DNA of 64,000 nt from the NCBI GenBank assembly GCA_003142795.1, contig PLNN01000019.1, forward strand, positions 51,991-115,990, read 5' to 3'. This document shows, piece after piece, positions 24,001 to 28,146 of the stretch. Under the pieces are notes generated by a model that was not told the origin of the DNA, searched no databases, and saw only the letters and a program-made list of their open reading frames with translations. The position numbers were made by a program, and so were the translations under genes. Source of the stretch: Candidatus Omnitrophota bacterium (GTDB taxonomy: Bacteria > Omnitrophota > Gorgyraeia > 2-01-FULL-45-10). Position 1 is the first letter of the stretch, and every line of letters starts with the position of its first letter.

Positions 24001-27000
24001 GGCCGTTACGATAATATCACCAGGGCGGCTAAAGATGCTTTCAGGGCGCTTAATTCTTTGGGAAGATCGCCCGGCCAGAGAGGACTAGGCGCAGGCGAGA
24101 TACCGCTGCTTAAATTATTGGCGGACAAAGATGTAGCGGCAGGCTGGTACAGTGAAAAGACGGCTATCCGTTTTCAAACAGTCGTTGAGTCGATCCTGTT
24201 CGTTGCATGGCCCTTGATATCGCTTGCCGGTATGCCGATACTGCATCAGGCCGCCATAATATTGGGAAGCGGAGCCTTATTCGGGCTGCTTCACTGGAAT
24301 GGGCTCGTCAATTTCTTCATAAGGCTGTTGACGGGCAGGACGCTTAATCTTCCCCAGGCGCCGCCTCTTTTAAGCGTTATCGGCATAACATCACTGAATG
24401 TTTTAACATTGACCGCAGTCGCTTGCCTTTCATACATTATTCCTTCAGCCGTGAAAGACCCTGTATCGGCGGGTCTTGCGGCAGCCTTCATAACTGTCAC
24501 GGGATTTCTCCTTGCAACAGGAAAACATTATCTCGCCAATATAAAACGTCGCCAAACTCGTCCAGCCGGACTATATGACCCGCAGAAAGGATACAGGTTC
24601 GGGCAACAGGGCATTGAAGATATGGACCAGGTGAAGCTCGCTATCCAGTCTATCATGGACTTAACAAAACACGTCATAAGCAATATTTCTAAAACTCCCT
24701 ACGGAATAAAGAATAAAGATAAATTCAGGAAGTTGATATTATTGTTTTATCAGTCTTTCAATGCGGAACGAATTGCCTATAGTAGATTTGAAGAACGAAC
24801 TGAAGCGAACGGAAACGTCGCAACGATAAAAGTAACGCCTGATAAATATGACACTATAGTGGAAATATCAGACGGTTACAGCTATATGGCGGACTATTTA
24901 TTTAAAGCATTCTCGATATTAGAAGAGTTGCGCGCGCGCCCGGAGAATTTACCGGAAAGTCTTTTGCAGGATATTTACAATCTTGCGAGAGAAACAGAGG
25001 AGCTATTGTGGAAAATCGGAAAAGTATCGCTTAGTTTTAAGCGTATCGAGGACGATATAGCGCGATTCCGGGCCTGGGATCTGCTGGAGGCGAGTTCTGT
25101 GAGGGGTATGTTACGGCAGCCGTCTTTATTGATCGATCAGCCTCTCCGCTCTCTTGTGTACAATGCGCGCGCCAGAGACTATCTCGAACATGTCATTACC
25201 CAGGAGTTGAGGCCGGGAGGCTATACAGAACTCCTGGATATGCCCGCGGGCGAAGTCATTAAAATCGTTATGCTAGCCTTGAGCCACACTTCGTATGAGG
25301 CGCGCATCAGGGCGGCAGAAGGGGCTGAAGCGCTTGCTTTTATTGGCCGCGAAACCAACCATGTTATAAAAAGACGCTCGCTATCAAATGCTGTTATTGA
25401 TACAAGGATCGACATAAACGGGAAGAAGGAAGGCATCGTCAGTCTTTTATTGGCCGGGCTTAGAAATAGAGACACCCATCGTGCCAATGTTAAGACATTG
25501 GCGTATCTTTTGAAAGAACCAGACGATCTTTTAAACAGAAAAATATACAGTAGTATAGCAATAGCCAGCGCGCGAATGGCCGACATAGCGCAAGAGAAAG
25601 CGCCGGACCGTCGCGGAATGACGCTTGAAGTGGTTATTGCAGCGATTGCGATCCTGGCCATTCTTTTGCCATATGTCATTATACCGCTTGTAAGAGACGT
25701 CTACGATCTTGGTTTTAGTCTTGCACTTAAGAGCTGGTGGGAAACGGTCGGATTGATAGGATCGGTATCATTTATTTCAGGGGCCATCGCGACAACGTTT
25801 ATTTTAATTTTCCATACTATTACCATTTCACCGCTTTCTTTCTACGAGGGCCGTCGTGAAAGTCGTGCATCCGAAGACGGATTATTATTGGAAGCGCTGA
25901 TACCGGATGCTGGGTCGGAACGGATAAATTTCCGCCATGAATTAAAACATTATTTAAATAAAGGTAAGAAATTGCTCGGCGAAGGCGAGTATGCAGGCGC
26001 TATGGAATGTTTTGACAAAGGTATCTCAATATACGGCAGATGGCACAGGTCGGGAGCGGCTTCTACCAAGACTGCATCTTATGTGGGCGCGATGGAAGGT
26101 TTTATGCGCGACCTTGCTTCATATACGAAAACAACCATAGAGGAAATTGCCATGTTTGGGACGTTCCAGGATTGCGTGGCGGCATGGAAGATATGCGACG
26201 ATCGGATCAGCGGTCCTTTTTGGCAAATAAGTTGTCAGGATATTCACGAAAGCATTTCAAGACGTCTTTACACAATTGCGAAAAAAGAAGAAATTAAGGT
26301 AGTGGAAAACAAAATCAATTTTGATTTTGAAGATGTGATCTTTGATAATGATAAAGCGTTAGTTCTCAAATACAATGGGATAAATGTAGTGCATGACGAA
26401 AAGAGCGCGCAAAATAACGGAACCAGGGTATGGCTGGTCGGTTCCCACTATGGTTCCGCGCAAATTAGCATGCCGCTGGACACTTTTCTGGCCGACATAT
26501 CCCGCGGAAGATACGTGAAGCTTCTTCCTGACGATGAATTTCCGACGGGTATGCCGCAGATGCCTCAAGACAAATCCGAAATATCAAAGAGTGTCGTAAG
26601 GCTCATCGAGCGCAATGACGCCGCCGCTTTAAGGGTCCTGGGCGCCTGGCTGCAGAATGATGATGCCGTTTCGAGAGAAGCCATATTTCACGTGATCATG
26701 GGATTTGCCAATAAACCGGAGTATGGTGCGATCCATGAGCTGCTGATCAATGAAATTCTCAATAATGATAACATGCCATGGCTACGCCGGGTGCTTACTT
26801 CTAAAAATGATCCCCTGCGCAGTTGCGCGAAAAATCTCATATCGAGTCGCCCGATTTCGGATAACGTCACAGCTCTCTTGAGGGAACTGGAAGCGCCAAT
26901 GATACTCATAGGGATCCCGCGTCTTCACCTTACAGATAAGGGCGAAGCCGAGGCCGCCGAAAGATCCATCTTTGAGAATGCGGTAGAAACGGCGGGCAAA

Positions 27001-27915
27001 GAGATAGCGGCAAAAGCGGAGATCGTTTATTTTGAGGACAGCGGCGACGAAAAAGCCAATCTTGAATATGTTTCCCGTGAAGCAAGGCGGCGCGGGGCGG
27101 CAATGGCTATTCCCGTAAGGAGCGGCATAAAGGCAAGCAAGTTCGAAGAAGAATTAAAGAATGGATTTTTGACAGAGGCCACCTCGTCGCTTATAGAATG
27201 CAAACTCCTGACGATGACCGTCGATGAGCAGAGAGAAAGCATGAAAAGGCTCAGGCAGGTTTTACCTGAAATGCTCGCGGAAATAAATACGCTGAGCCTG
27301 TACAGCATGAATTTCAGGATGAGGGCCATCCATCGCGATTATGTGTCGGCTAACAGAAGTATCGCGGCGATAGCGGATCAACCCGAATTAGAGGGCGTCG
27401 GCGTAAGGGCCGTTGTCGTCCATTCCATCGAGGAGATCAAGTCTCAGGCTGAAGCAAATAACGGCAGGAAAAATTTCAGGATAGTTCTTATCCCAAGCGA
27501 TGACGAAAAGGATAAATGTGCCGATAAACCGGCATTATTAGAACGTGAAGACATAACGAAAGATATGCTAAGGCCCGAAGACCTGATGGTCATGGAAAGA
27601 GGAACGCCGCTGTCGAAGATAAGAGATGAGGTCGCTAGATCCTATGAGAATGAGAAGGGATCCAGGCCGAAGAGGATAGCCATAGCCGACAAGTCTAACG
27701 ACGATGGCATAAAGGCCGAAGTGCCGGATGACGTTTTGTTCCTTGAATACAATGAAGTAGCCGGCCCATGGGTCTACTATGCCCTCTGCGCGGTCATAAT
27801 GAATCCTGATGAGATCGTCAAGTGGAGAAAATGGCTAAAAGCGATAGAAAAGAACGATATCGAACGTTTCCGCAAAGCGATCGAACAGTTTAAGGTAGTG
27901 CTTATGAACGCATAA
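1..27915 (+). CDS. ORF1: giant (>9304 aa, 5'-truncated) multi-domain membrane polyprotein. Domains: Mpv17-like, YvcK-like, HAD-IIB, UDP-sugar pyrophosphorylase-like, SelO/kinase-like, TPR x2, HExxH peptidase, clan-CD protease, HEAT, SAM methyltransferase, sigma-70 region 4, CsrA-like, M50-like
   Basis: Frame 1 has no stop from position 1 (LAAFAAIITVWRQHP...) to TAA at 27913-27915, so the TTG at 157 is not the true start. Domain motifs were read from the translation. Confidence 0.93.
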   Translation, partial: LAAFAAIITVWRQHPSTVSRIVKAAIVPAVCIGASYLFGDLYAGLFKNSAWSLKTMLASTIIGGATLAGGSYMEQTARGVKVDRSEVFRWAIAGSALLGLLAYGAWFPLLTHLTKDNNFLFAALDMCVFAPFVFIPLEFLAKKYLVSPGDTTNTFKNTLQTWAFVSVLNVVWFGPILFLGRALWPDKIVLIDANAAVIWAGPLVYFLGVWKRFGGISGLAKKVFKLKKEALEKDAPLVILGGEEELASELRGFARYSMVEQDQTIKTVVAHGFNAGNTGLLQDDIEILWQHSWFVRLVNWLEKRHPSIYEMIRKTYRSFGIELVKTVPTMGAFMYGFGAGAHRNDFEKVLLYRSTKGSRSALAIVDEAEDVLRRSKGNFDQDVKIIAFFKALKRYARLVDDQAARHGLDLTGVWGDAAKRARPVTIQNILALGTFLESAKPGRISLRKYYRALNRVSSILESPAVPIHTSLWSHKEATPVGYLKEAEELKMPDGSIVFTDKIVGQWNLKTVKHGPLVKIDVVNTGTGEKAVLPVVPEALRAIEKAEELVIAPENILTDLSMFLSVKEIADALAKRKEAGKPTILVLPVSTKDGNPGLIDEGIDAALRAGMGYGISDIATHVIVNDIENETDVLIKITAKEMFAREGMEPVTISPSFEKVLRDNGTTVFKGPLGEIIKTPSKKPGLGSLEDNYQIASNRLAFVLKMIEISHKYKTAPLWISDIEGTIKPSGHTVLPSEETEEIASCLKENVPFGLLTEAAAGDAEESTANRVKARLESGGATGKMRLMPMQAVAGLRCFVYDPGNGRYEFITGFDLRKEIGDDKFNHLKQICVDLVEKFGLVERNKRLGFAGENDSGFWGPYFDDRIGGVTFSVIGKDALQGWISRYETKGGKELNRVLLKYLNDRCANEGIPVKWTLGSEFQIDGTHEKTDKGDGLKSISELTGIPLEAIIFSGDNIRWSKEGEPGDDTKAAQRAGFSLNMDGRLLDEPVAGKTVITASERGGKHGILPYLRLYRAFYATLPDKYKDFEKRLQDGIAREKEHQKRMSPEWAREQLKLFVAQGTIQGVPGKEIETLFDYAGILLDTKTGNEDDLQLVYKTLKIISLLDISPELRRLTEHKLRDFARNTRAKDFGSYSGAYQEGALNISVNTPSKGPAPVEALSALGAGEQSAAIHTGLGAFKGGKVGHVILLGENELDEELFSSQMENILKIETAFGCKARVCIVASFRNHRAVIELLKQRKFFGLESDQIAIEFQGIYQSMGVRGQGPYYYLEGGKHLAAPGDLDAILTPVLSGTFTEWSNASVEDIIVLSSAAKAPANPEEDFLILGRLIDTKADMVVSVTDRTKEDIGASPYYDADNKRIVLLEDYAVGQNVTRNLQSSFRNAVSLSSLFKHMGVDPLQAHGLNQAELSDKVRAFMHGLRDKPYVVRKAVTEEAGKIRQYKVDQFKHPFGNLTFKLKTEYVYTPSHKLATVSSVRLRRFGLGSVAQIILAALLVSIVGGAVWRDAQQRLAVALPYGITIAIVIGAMISATILIRWIMSNGFIYINVGGQHPSLLKIEKKIWRSIDREDQEALKSIVGADEAAIKELIDRPDSRIAEFKEDPISLEGKLEEGYCDGRTIYLLLKKPIITDGKEITRLRFQGVRPKIGENGKIANYSGYRELVAGEDGLLRVDEPPAARPAGAKLYDGASIEFEVMDNRSIPTDVAVGLGKYTGIDFQGQKVGYIIAGMEEPDGRLYTKKDTIGSMSCESFKEPSKKLTILFRKDSFSKEEQRRIGRTLKAKYEEGAGGLEESGLPFVILRVSKTRNDRIKIKQRYSSHPAQRSSFRSIRDLDDESDIYRQFGRLIRRAHDKGYYDLFPIVMHREYTGPTIPEEQTPSYYARSHETKVGLRQIRERWEVVSRNFSTLKRRGKRNSSEKNAAERFIDITSVLFDLTQTKITNIETTFGNALYGDDAPTHTSATSMDVSRLIESFLEGYFYDIDPRDRTFSDMYETCIQFERDPNRLLMPVNKLYNAIGVALWEEESEEFDKYRGLFMPNLIAAEKNSRQSEGGAARWFKPLIMMGGLAALSAFAITAFAILIPHASAIHTQAVTAAMPWWSAILGMFFLGSIGDWPYDPGRSRGEDPHAFALHHYNQGVRLCKAGQLIKAVECFDKAIEAVPNHYAMHYNRGTALLELKKYDEAIKDFERVLELNPDFSMAYYNRGEAYLAKEEYREAIADFTKAIEAGLKNGILYFNRGVAKLIIYKDESDLSYKDDGIRDLETAAQLEHLLIDRIRSIAENYNLDIKLPPPSSGPRFMSFLLPFIIVAYFASMGAVWPDMHLSFAGILAAMQSWFATVGASGALPWIVGVAATIAVLITTFIAYKNKSKPLVSSHQPFFFVRLTGLKYLIAIPQILLMAFVLGCTPPDSGSQKNIENRAEEAQIAKFEEEEAEHVDEIAKDNKDLQQRIAAFASIAMSKFSVHGFKYETINDRERLKSQEEGTRYLLVSARGIDSMYPADDKRVKLEVLMKKFIDTADGMVKNSFGTGDVLNECDAIINRANNLYFIPNGYLLDFFGINKFGQVITFSYKIVDKQPYTCNGYDIGVCYIVELTDYFSQRRAAYATSGKKLIIFKDSLNKPMVLPKNAGGRHQDAINKELAKLQARDSIEDAVDASAIHEVTHRANKGFKVGSGWLAGSMSHEDEEKSARFSAYFNGNGQAVDIAYSLRNIAYNATLDQDDPDGECAFIDALVVQGIRKGLFDKSDFTYDTRIGLNGLMNSLRKETTKIDEMNKAILSVAKAFNKGFDADEKGFRAKLKALVPEAAKPLLPSSYVIPEIKRKARPAPVEPAPVKTTEEKPSAESAEPSKEQPEAKAPVKQAGPESVVPIVKPAAPKPVSFLVPVADDATGQLRVVFNIVNKAKQANPALANNGKIETQYGAGKWLTKVKLSDGKAAWIYIEQKGDGKAAIFTGKKPKWVEIYLIGKDKNGLCLFDPDAKQCTVISARGDLIETTVGEGETIEDAVKEALHMIHNHNTPFYWPALAIAPQTTLPDLGSAAIHSYNEFNTVLQVSYRSYGITMPAEWDRIMPALYDTISSHTGFLSLNNREQVTMIRELYDFLQRKRYEKASIKLMSRDHTVLAFFGRSSGKEGDIFETRYANVVDVYGGHLELFKPGEKGMTPMEAKEKFLDRAAELAAAGKFVTLMVWSHGAKTGFEVSGMMGISDAEMAGALSGSRIKLSRKTIDLTRVNGIFNCCYATDFTLNMLSELKRQTDEMGSALVFPGSIVASTSRNREALSTALWDSIGEYHVRTKGKDSNNPSLPLGAILTFVDANLYTQGRKPEFDENNKIKGWTVLKPEILQDPAVIIPLNDKDREELRRILRLKDSMPAPNFIQIGLAEPARNLKQEVIDSVPGLVSAAVAGYKSQGGAWFPGTFYRKFIAPLETPVSFGLAFAVAQAFAMRMGWHDMARPLWLMTALVPIIFWAGHIPRSIYDYYKGNKITALKADVNILTIAAAAGTAAWLGATMTFPALNNIAPLLLYFGIIFPLTILHIYINWKDNVAGHDKRPFAQFTLGTLLTVMLYTAFFFSGYTTFSRYFITNPNAPILEQLEVIERRAAIHNKVKGRTSEPVFGIEPIDESIMRASLYERLAREDAENRKEAVAGLPWYQSHEDLARDVIYVTLEDGSKMVYLGIKANGINPDPKRPEMPIKCIRFHETYQSVIDRYKPLLAQPDAGTRLEAVIALGMLKDPSLVSDFMSVIEKDTDSRVRGKAIASLGYMGYGAKPAIEQIVHIFKNSKEDRFVRMIAADALSGIVKNLPDSNEDKTAVINILIDVIKDTLYGRLQGDDKQIGNAASFALIKIKDPSTVHKIIDDIRKEKSEHDKIQQPKDEPSSRSELGSDAYMNFAAIFGTLLLGTIGKWPFAWFTSDGAGLSQKANKYFEEAMRCCEHGKYEESLEPFNRTIELAPYYYAAYRNLGNAYFMLDRYDEAIDNYKKAIERKPDDNNSYFNMAQAYAFKDEYSEAVKCITKAIEYHTDEDEPEYGDLYYKRGILNFYAGNIEDAEHDLEMAVKLKPALISSVISFVHEHKDKLDVKLPPASPPPGQGPRFMSLFLPFIISIGIFASFGAVWRDAHLSFGSILEAIQSWLATMDTPAVLGWAGSISTGLALMTAIIAAPEERFNLSELISSYKKDVKIRGYTASEKYSAIIARLIKAAATEEIIEALDDIFVSGVVKFHMGFYTTAGILESRMNLVTRVLADELKIRIAGSSAVQSQEFAALYKKIKDIRDAEKDARLGFARYALKVEGKGSGVRKRNVPETHRRFDEYEKFLHISSLVEDIKNRRDLLIAKGVLGKDEAMNMLDIGCGEGVFLEQLSEKLTEAGIKANLTGTALRRSEGWAEIEAAHSNIKFMEGMAEAMDIGMGTIHYAVSVYMLHYSEDKLKVIEEVYRVLSPYGIARIHSNEESTQKGTPRWEVLFGRMDLAGSYKLRVEDAYEYKGTDKDYEGPALVIEKDDPREMPCDLLFPYTLDSEGFYHPIRIAQVRRAVPWLKTVAMILLAPLALLVLEGAGWRDAHMNLGGILEYMQSWLVTITTAPGALPGLTTIFTMAGFAFGSFIISKRDISLFFNKSSKKQKNQLLNGKIQKVWPGKLSGDKINKALDSAIGHLPDNLQEIVILKYYGDGDSGPLTDYDIADRYKVTVAAIRDSLRRAHKRIKTDLLEQNAVKDILPSYLDPKKLLEKRFFARSHTDRGGFALLDIAAIIPLAGLIVALSGSFIIGMALGSPSVFLRDYIHFASGAFTLRSPEWLMNIGVGGLPWLKYIAASISLSGFLMARSRKRDLRQAQSMQASKPQPVRPRERKYLRLLSDFEKKRARVMKLAEAQPPAPCRIVFDDKNIGKDKITSIEETVRAQLPRLQEMARTGYDISFGASSQDILRTIYIERSQRPEGEIELTRDRAFLALHLPVENPDIAARAMNDLMEKMGKYLKTPNVGVTTIVPVVHSDSASFGNIDYLITKSLRDAKNEGRRAEIIVECGVIQPYSCYESDLEEFKTTDAYKRMNKKPKNLSNILFDPGFKDARAAFLNYVHDEELDMQDETSRMIYSGFDSNIKYIYPRESFSAPLYMRLFKAQAVPIHEDIWDDTTLLFLRLDYNSFDRLKPKIPVTFNELTRFEDSYLQTQLDFIKIAHIRDARLERQLAALPLDPDVKDRLFILGGKHARGIKRYSPVASLFQFQDESAHWRQLKDVYPFMHARATAESVLSDAIHDWIDEKFPDGIHDPTPGSDEMQSFIAMNIPDDDNWRHMIDIDFIEFLLGLSKERADKRPLTEKNQVRVYGILKTIVGDMGSGDLKKWLIDYCNTAPGSQSAATDLINQRLRERLSSDERAFLLGDPDSRITGVAWMGKKNFDSRSIYSASNPVRKSTAMVGGVILRSDLGGESHPGKGSVPDEDRLSESVLENWMSVIKDGNKLGEKAIPVVLKGGAASGDEKRDFYTCLHFLTFNVYVVPAEELNGRSFWYSDATNSVYIADRAFTQAELAKIIGELQYIQDRINAGRSDDIENRAFNWTWTNAEPPQLEKPVSSEGQNDTANKAIGESDDNKQINSGGEQNNGRRARREKKVETPAQKAASFIPPIKSAVSRALAGSILPNMTALIDPKLRTAPTILFDASSYKNPVLSIIGIVGSPKLIPIIPDPRVLKTLDNSSRYTAQFSMDEINFRLKERHPETALLNDEWTDLAVTQIQAYPSQKKREWLTRQFSVLRAIVERSTGAFANDMAKYPAETKIVRDAANKLEMSYRTVTKKIFELQRKLKAKSNDGWITSADVAENMDSLKEVMAAWPRGIFVLEKNKSLLSGDMRRMDDWILELQNTLLPSLKNYDIFNLLSDKAVAQMPAGILNEVYYDAFRSVWLEELRDIGSSIAESGDEELDGYAWECCRLASYVFALEWESVFTDLTAEKAVPAGKSSFVSNTPIGGAGILLLDGEMQPREFIPGAGTMDAGDLALRHHPFMLKEQYRPGDRIVIVCPSTTGFPNFEQIHSYLEDMFVLRRMLPDSPQVYLGVATISGEMRLYGMAGSREGGDHWAELINSLYDELPKYRKLKKTLKDSFALHADRKIYDRYIGDDTEKDKKKRPSLRIGNSSTVISKEMEDILAKKDEGEIEKIENNPIYMIMKDVVEQLPLNIRKSLIEGYGREEADRIMNAVMNRFEKQFRDLKAFSKTIYSVNDLDKFFWEISSKVSRVNMFIAECRGSDLLDEYITRKGFLEVVEIGGLTVSTNPSPIQGLAPPPTQGETARQSVLSRVMRSHAQSFAPDKVLRAGKSIIDQLRNDARQSLDGKLLPNSVSIRPEVMNMGETLIETDNLSVDRPLFNLCFMHDFLGISTQPNFVVIPDPKSIAPYLQRYKTVLDKYELTTRLEKANPAAKKLYNIYRDEKPAPDVDPELLWKWTRDLCINAKEVLEERYGNIYNIEHDIEALKDKNPKIAGEIEDAKNTVVGLVKKEFKVSRMAIEAFDRLCRFKKDDKIPASEVKREIEQLIAYLDTWPRLQFGLRDTLNDLSQGEDYVEFEILENIISEFGKALSQHRFQIFAEHSLHSEAMELIYYDALRLALLKLCTDPSEGILPRISAWADHKQNIPVSMRTDVYRLFDETMGLVQYEVITDAIKEKVLVGKSDDRSRAHPPIGGLGVLFLRGAGEDNGQLQVRRYLPGAYLSSPGKTQYNPQYVKRWYQKGDSIILMYPSYSEYLNAESIRNFAEDCLNLRKDVPGLSEILVGIMQPNGAVAVYRPRAQLDDAAALYQLTFKTAEILSPYLSQFRVYVEDETFIWFSRAFTEFQSRSKNMPFNSGDGNRLLKLNPDRSVLFNMFRQKANDRLRSLGAILVKGLERCGYDHKTAVSMVERVKTRLNGEFRKIKTFDVAIDDGQSVFLNDKGLREEMETIVYKAIMAVGEEMASYLIEDQELFEPIKIRGLTDTDEAARKREAAKAQRLKREELRRKIAAIRKTNFTDPQAVRQAFEDSKMLFDNVAAAGEIKGALAEHLHTVIGHTLAEKFVRRTLDDSQNMWEAFLGGEAVEADAFFNLGERQALAELVMNAESGSEVNGFKAGIDTARQQFPIMDSINGWAELAYYVLEQDEIGRDDINTAVEMIKPIEESIKGLSGEDSQRAEDRFRQILNSFKDRLTPGILSELEEMFPDGNGAEDIEWERLIRLLPGLELACRVFSEAGLYSSQAERDKFEKGKLKVQAAVEEQGVYYEIARLNNEEKDTGKTSKEKSAKVLRLNIGNSLVFYNRYSGRPIKITLNRIEKGRLYFDVDTPFGLVAIGGAELSRTAFNHNGEWRSTSIRERAADHWKAVDGRLRFITLCGIDLFSRERDYGVENRLWVFPYKVLYGLIEDDTIIVESADTKKDNKRDEDKVEFKNVDAGICLRIDRVLPDGTANVALEDPLNQCDYNKVEVIEPAGQKPVANSAVNWLNLGLALLGFVPLIISQFFGFDLYNFIQTAAVISSIYVTSFLIHELNHYLDLYGYSWKNLKSFVTDRPALEVNAEGISVSGARGTPGVLVSAALGYVSYLFISLIPQYAIPALIINIALISKSDLTNIMKSDVFKELIIKIRGSEFYNALYEFMLEIYSFVAEIFSVFNDIFQTLVSIIKDLLASFEILFEISFKSAEEMEREREQRKDEARQLLHFLSDNRYSLGQFSAQQVVRRVLDKGKTLRSFILPDGVSRGVSLNAVINAYIKIDGNQETALSLSQKNAVSDNMFVRQEAVDSLYNFLPYATDLETFEDICDTPVKTVEGGASTAINLFLKNAASPLEAHQDLTNTIIAKIIFGNCSDLLIKKLVKCLGSADKDERHNAANLLILLTKRDDADIVSAIVGEIPNIRKEYFVYNDAEIAYGAYSLLAGLARETENEAILTAIIIETRHIIRYLSLDDEAICDRVRSAVYQLLLTGRKKIMDAVAREIPARIIGYMKNIEAPHACYAAHELMNLFITSGYPVIDVAIEKNRADIRKILIINKELNAGRYDNITRAAKDAFRALNSLGRSPGQRGLGAGEIPLLKLLADKDVAAGWYSEKTAIRFQTVVESILFVAWPLISLAGMPILHQAAIILGSGALFGLLHWNGLVNFFIRLLTGRTLNLPQAPPLLSVIGITSLNVLTLTAVACLSYIIPSAVKDPVSAGLAAAFITVTGFLLATGKHYLANIKRRQTRPAGLYDPQKGYRFGQQGIEDMDQVKLAIQSIMDLTKHVISNISKTPYGIKNKDKFRKLILLFYQSFNAERIAYSRFEERTEANGNVATIKVTPDKYDTIVEISDGYSYMADYLFKAFSILEELRARPENLPESLLQDIYNLARETEELLWKIGKVSLSFKRIEDDIARFRAWDLLEASSVRGMLRQPSLLIDQPLRSLVYNARARDYLEHVITQELRPGGYTELLDMPAGEVIKIVMLALSHTSYEARIRAAEGAEALAFIGRETNHVIKRRSLSNAVIDTRIDINGKKEGIVSLLLAGLRNRDTHRANVKTLAYLLKEPDDLLNRKIYSSIAIASARMADIAQEKAPDRRGMTLEVVIAAIAILAILLPYVIIPLVRDVYDLGFSLALKSWWETVGLIGSVSFISGAIATTFILIFHTITISPLSFYEGRRESRASEDGLLLEALIPDAGSERINFRHELKHYLNKGKKLLGEGEYAGAMECFDKGISIYGRWHRSGAASTKTASYVGAMEGFMRDLASYTKTTIEEIAMFGTFQDCVAAWKICDDRISGPFWQISCQDIHESISRRLYTIAKKEEIKVVENKINFDFEDVIFDNDKALVLKYNGINVVHDEKSAQNNGTRVWLVGSHYGSAQISMPLDTFLADISRGRYVKLLPDDEFPTGMPQMPQDKSEISKSVVRLIERNDAAALRVLGAWLQNDDAVSREAIFHVIMGFANKPEYGAIHELLINEILNNDNMPWLRRVLTSKNDPLRSCAKNLISSRPISDNVTALLRELEAPMILIGIPRLHLTDKGEAEAAERSIFENAVETAGKEIAAKAEIVYFEDSGDEKANLEYVSREARRRGAAMAIPVRSGIKASKFEEELKNGFLTEATSSLIECKLLTMTVDEQRESMKRLRQVLPEMLAEINTLSLYSMNFRMRAIHRDYVSANRSIAAIADQPELEGVGVRAVVVHSIEEIKSQAEANNGRKNFRIVLIPSDDEKDKCADKPALLEREDITKDMLRPEDLMVMERGTPLSKIRDEVARSYENEKGSRPKRIAIADKSNDDGIKAEVPDDVLFLEYNEVAGPWVYYALCAVIMNPDEIVKWRKWLKAIEKNDIERFRKAIEQFKVVLMNA
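706..2120 (+). other. Degenerate YvcK/GlmR (CofD/UPF0052)-like domain in ORF1
   Basis: LVILGGEEELASELRGFARY..IKTVVAHGFNAGNTG and PEALRAIEKAEELVIAPENILTDL follow the YvcK pattern IGGGTGL..LLRGL / DDGGSSG / EAIREADLIVLGPGSLYTS. Confidence 0.7.
2146..3050 (+). other. HAD subfamily IIB (phosphomannomutase-like) domain in ORF1
   Basis: Motifs ISDIEGT, DDRIGGVTFSVIG, DKGDGL and IIFSGDN...PGDD. Confidence 0.75.
3500..4400 (+). other. Degenerate UDP-GlcNAc/UDP-glucose pyrophosphorylase (UAP/UGPase)-like domain in ORF1
   Basis: GGKVGHVILLG, IVASFRNH, KFFGLESDQI..FQG, APGDLD..LSG and LLEDY. The GGxGTR loop is missing. Confidence 0.65.
6380..6830 (+). repeat. TPR block 1 in ORF1
   Basis: Canonical 34-aa units, e.g. 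YNRGTALLELKKYDEAIKDFERVLELNP. Confidence 0.95.
11110..11570 (+). repeat. HEAT (PBS-lyase-like) repeats in ORF1
   Basis: DAGTRLEAVIALG, DSRVRGKAIASLG and DRFVRMIAADAL. Confidence 0.9.
11755..12180 (+). repeat. TPR block 2 in ORF1
   Basis: YRNLGNAYFMLDRYDEAIDNYKKAIERKP and neighbouring units. Confidence 0.95.
13021..13335 (+). other. Class I SAM-dependent methyltransferase domain in ORF1
   Basis: MLDIGCGEG motif I, followed by MLHY..DK.KVIEEVYRVLSPYG. Confidence 0.9.
16825..20853 (+). repeat. Diverged tandem duplication of a ~650-aa unit in ORF1 (about 16825-18765 and 18895-20853)
   Basis: Collinear shared motifs: LPN, IPDP, WPR, YYDA.R, PIGG.G.L, PGA, GD.I....PS, I.GLT. Confidence 0.85.
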
Positions 27916-27920
27916 TATTT

Positions 27921-27988
27921 ATGCCTGCAGGTTCGCCAAGTGTCCTGCGGCATGAAACCGTGCCTGCGCCTCCCAGGTGCAGGCACGG
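27921..27988 (+). terminator. Two GC-rich hairpins right after the ORF1 stop (possible terminator or 3' stabiliser)
   Basis: ATGCCTGCAGG...CCTGCGGCAT (27921-27953) and CCGTGCCTGCGCCT-CCC-AGGTGCAGGCACGG (27958-27988). There is no U-tract. Confidence 0.5.
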
Positions 27989-28011
27989 CCTATATAAATA
28001 AGTTAAATAAC

Positions 28012-28059
28012 AAAAAGTTATATAATATTATTGACAATGTTATATTAATATTATACCCT
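28012..28059 (+). promoter_or_regulatory. Probable sigma70 promoter of ORF2
   Basis: TTGACA at 28031-28036 in a very AT-rich spacer. The -10 is ambiguous (TACCCT at 17-nt spacing). Confidence 0.5.
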
Positions 28060-28146
28060 ATATAAAAGAATAAAAAGTTATAAATAGTATAGAATTTGCT
28101 TAAACATTCACAAAAATATGAAATATGAAGGGCTGAAAAACCAGAA

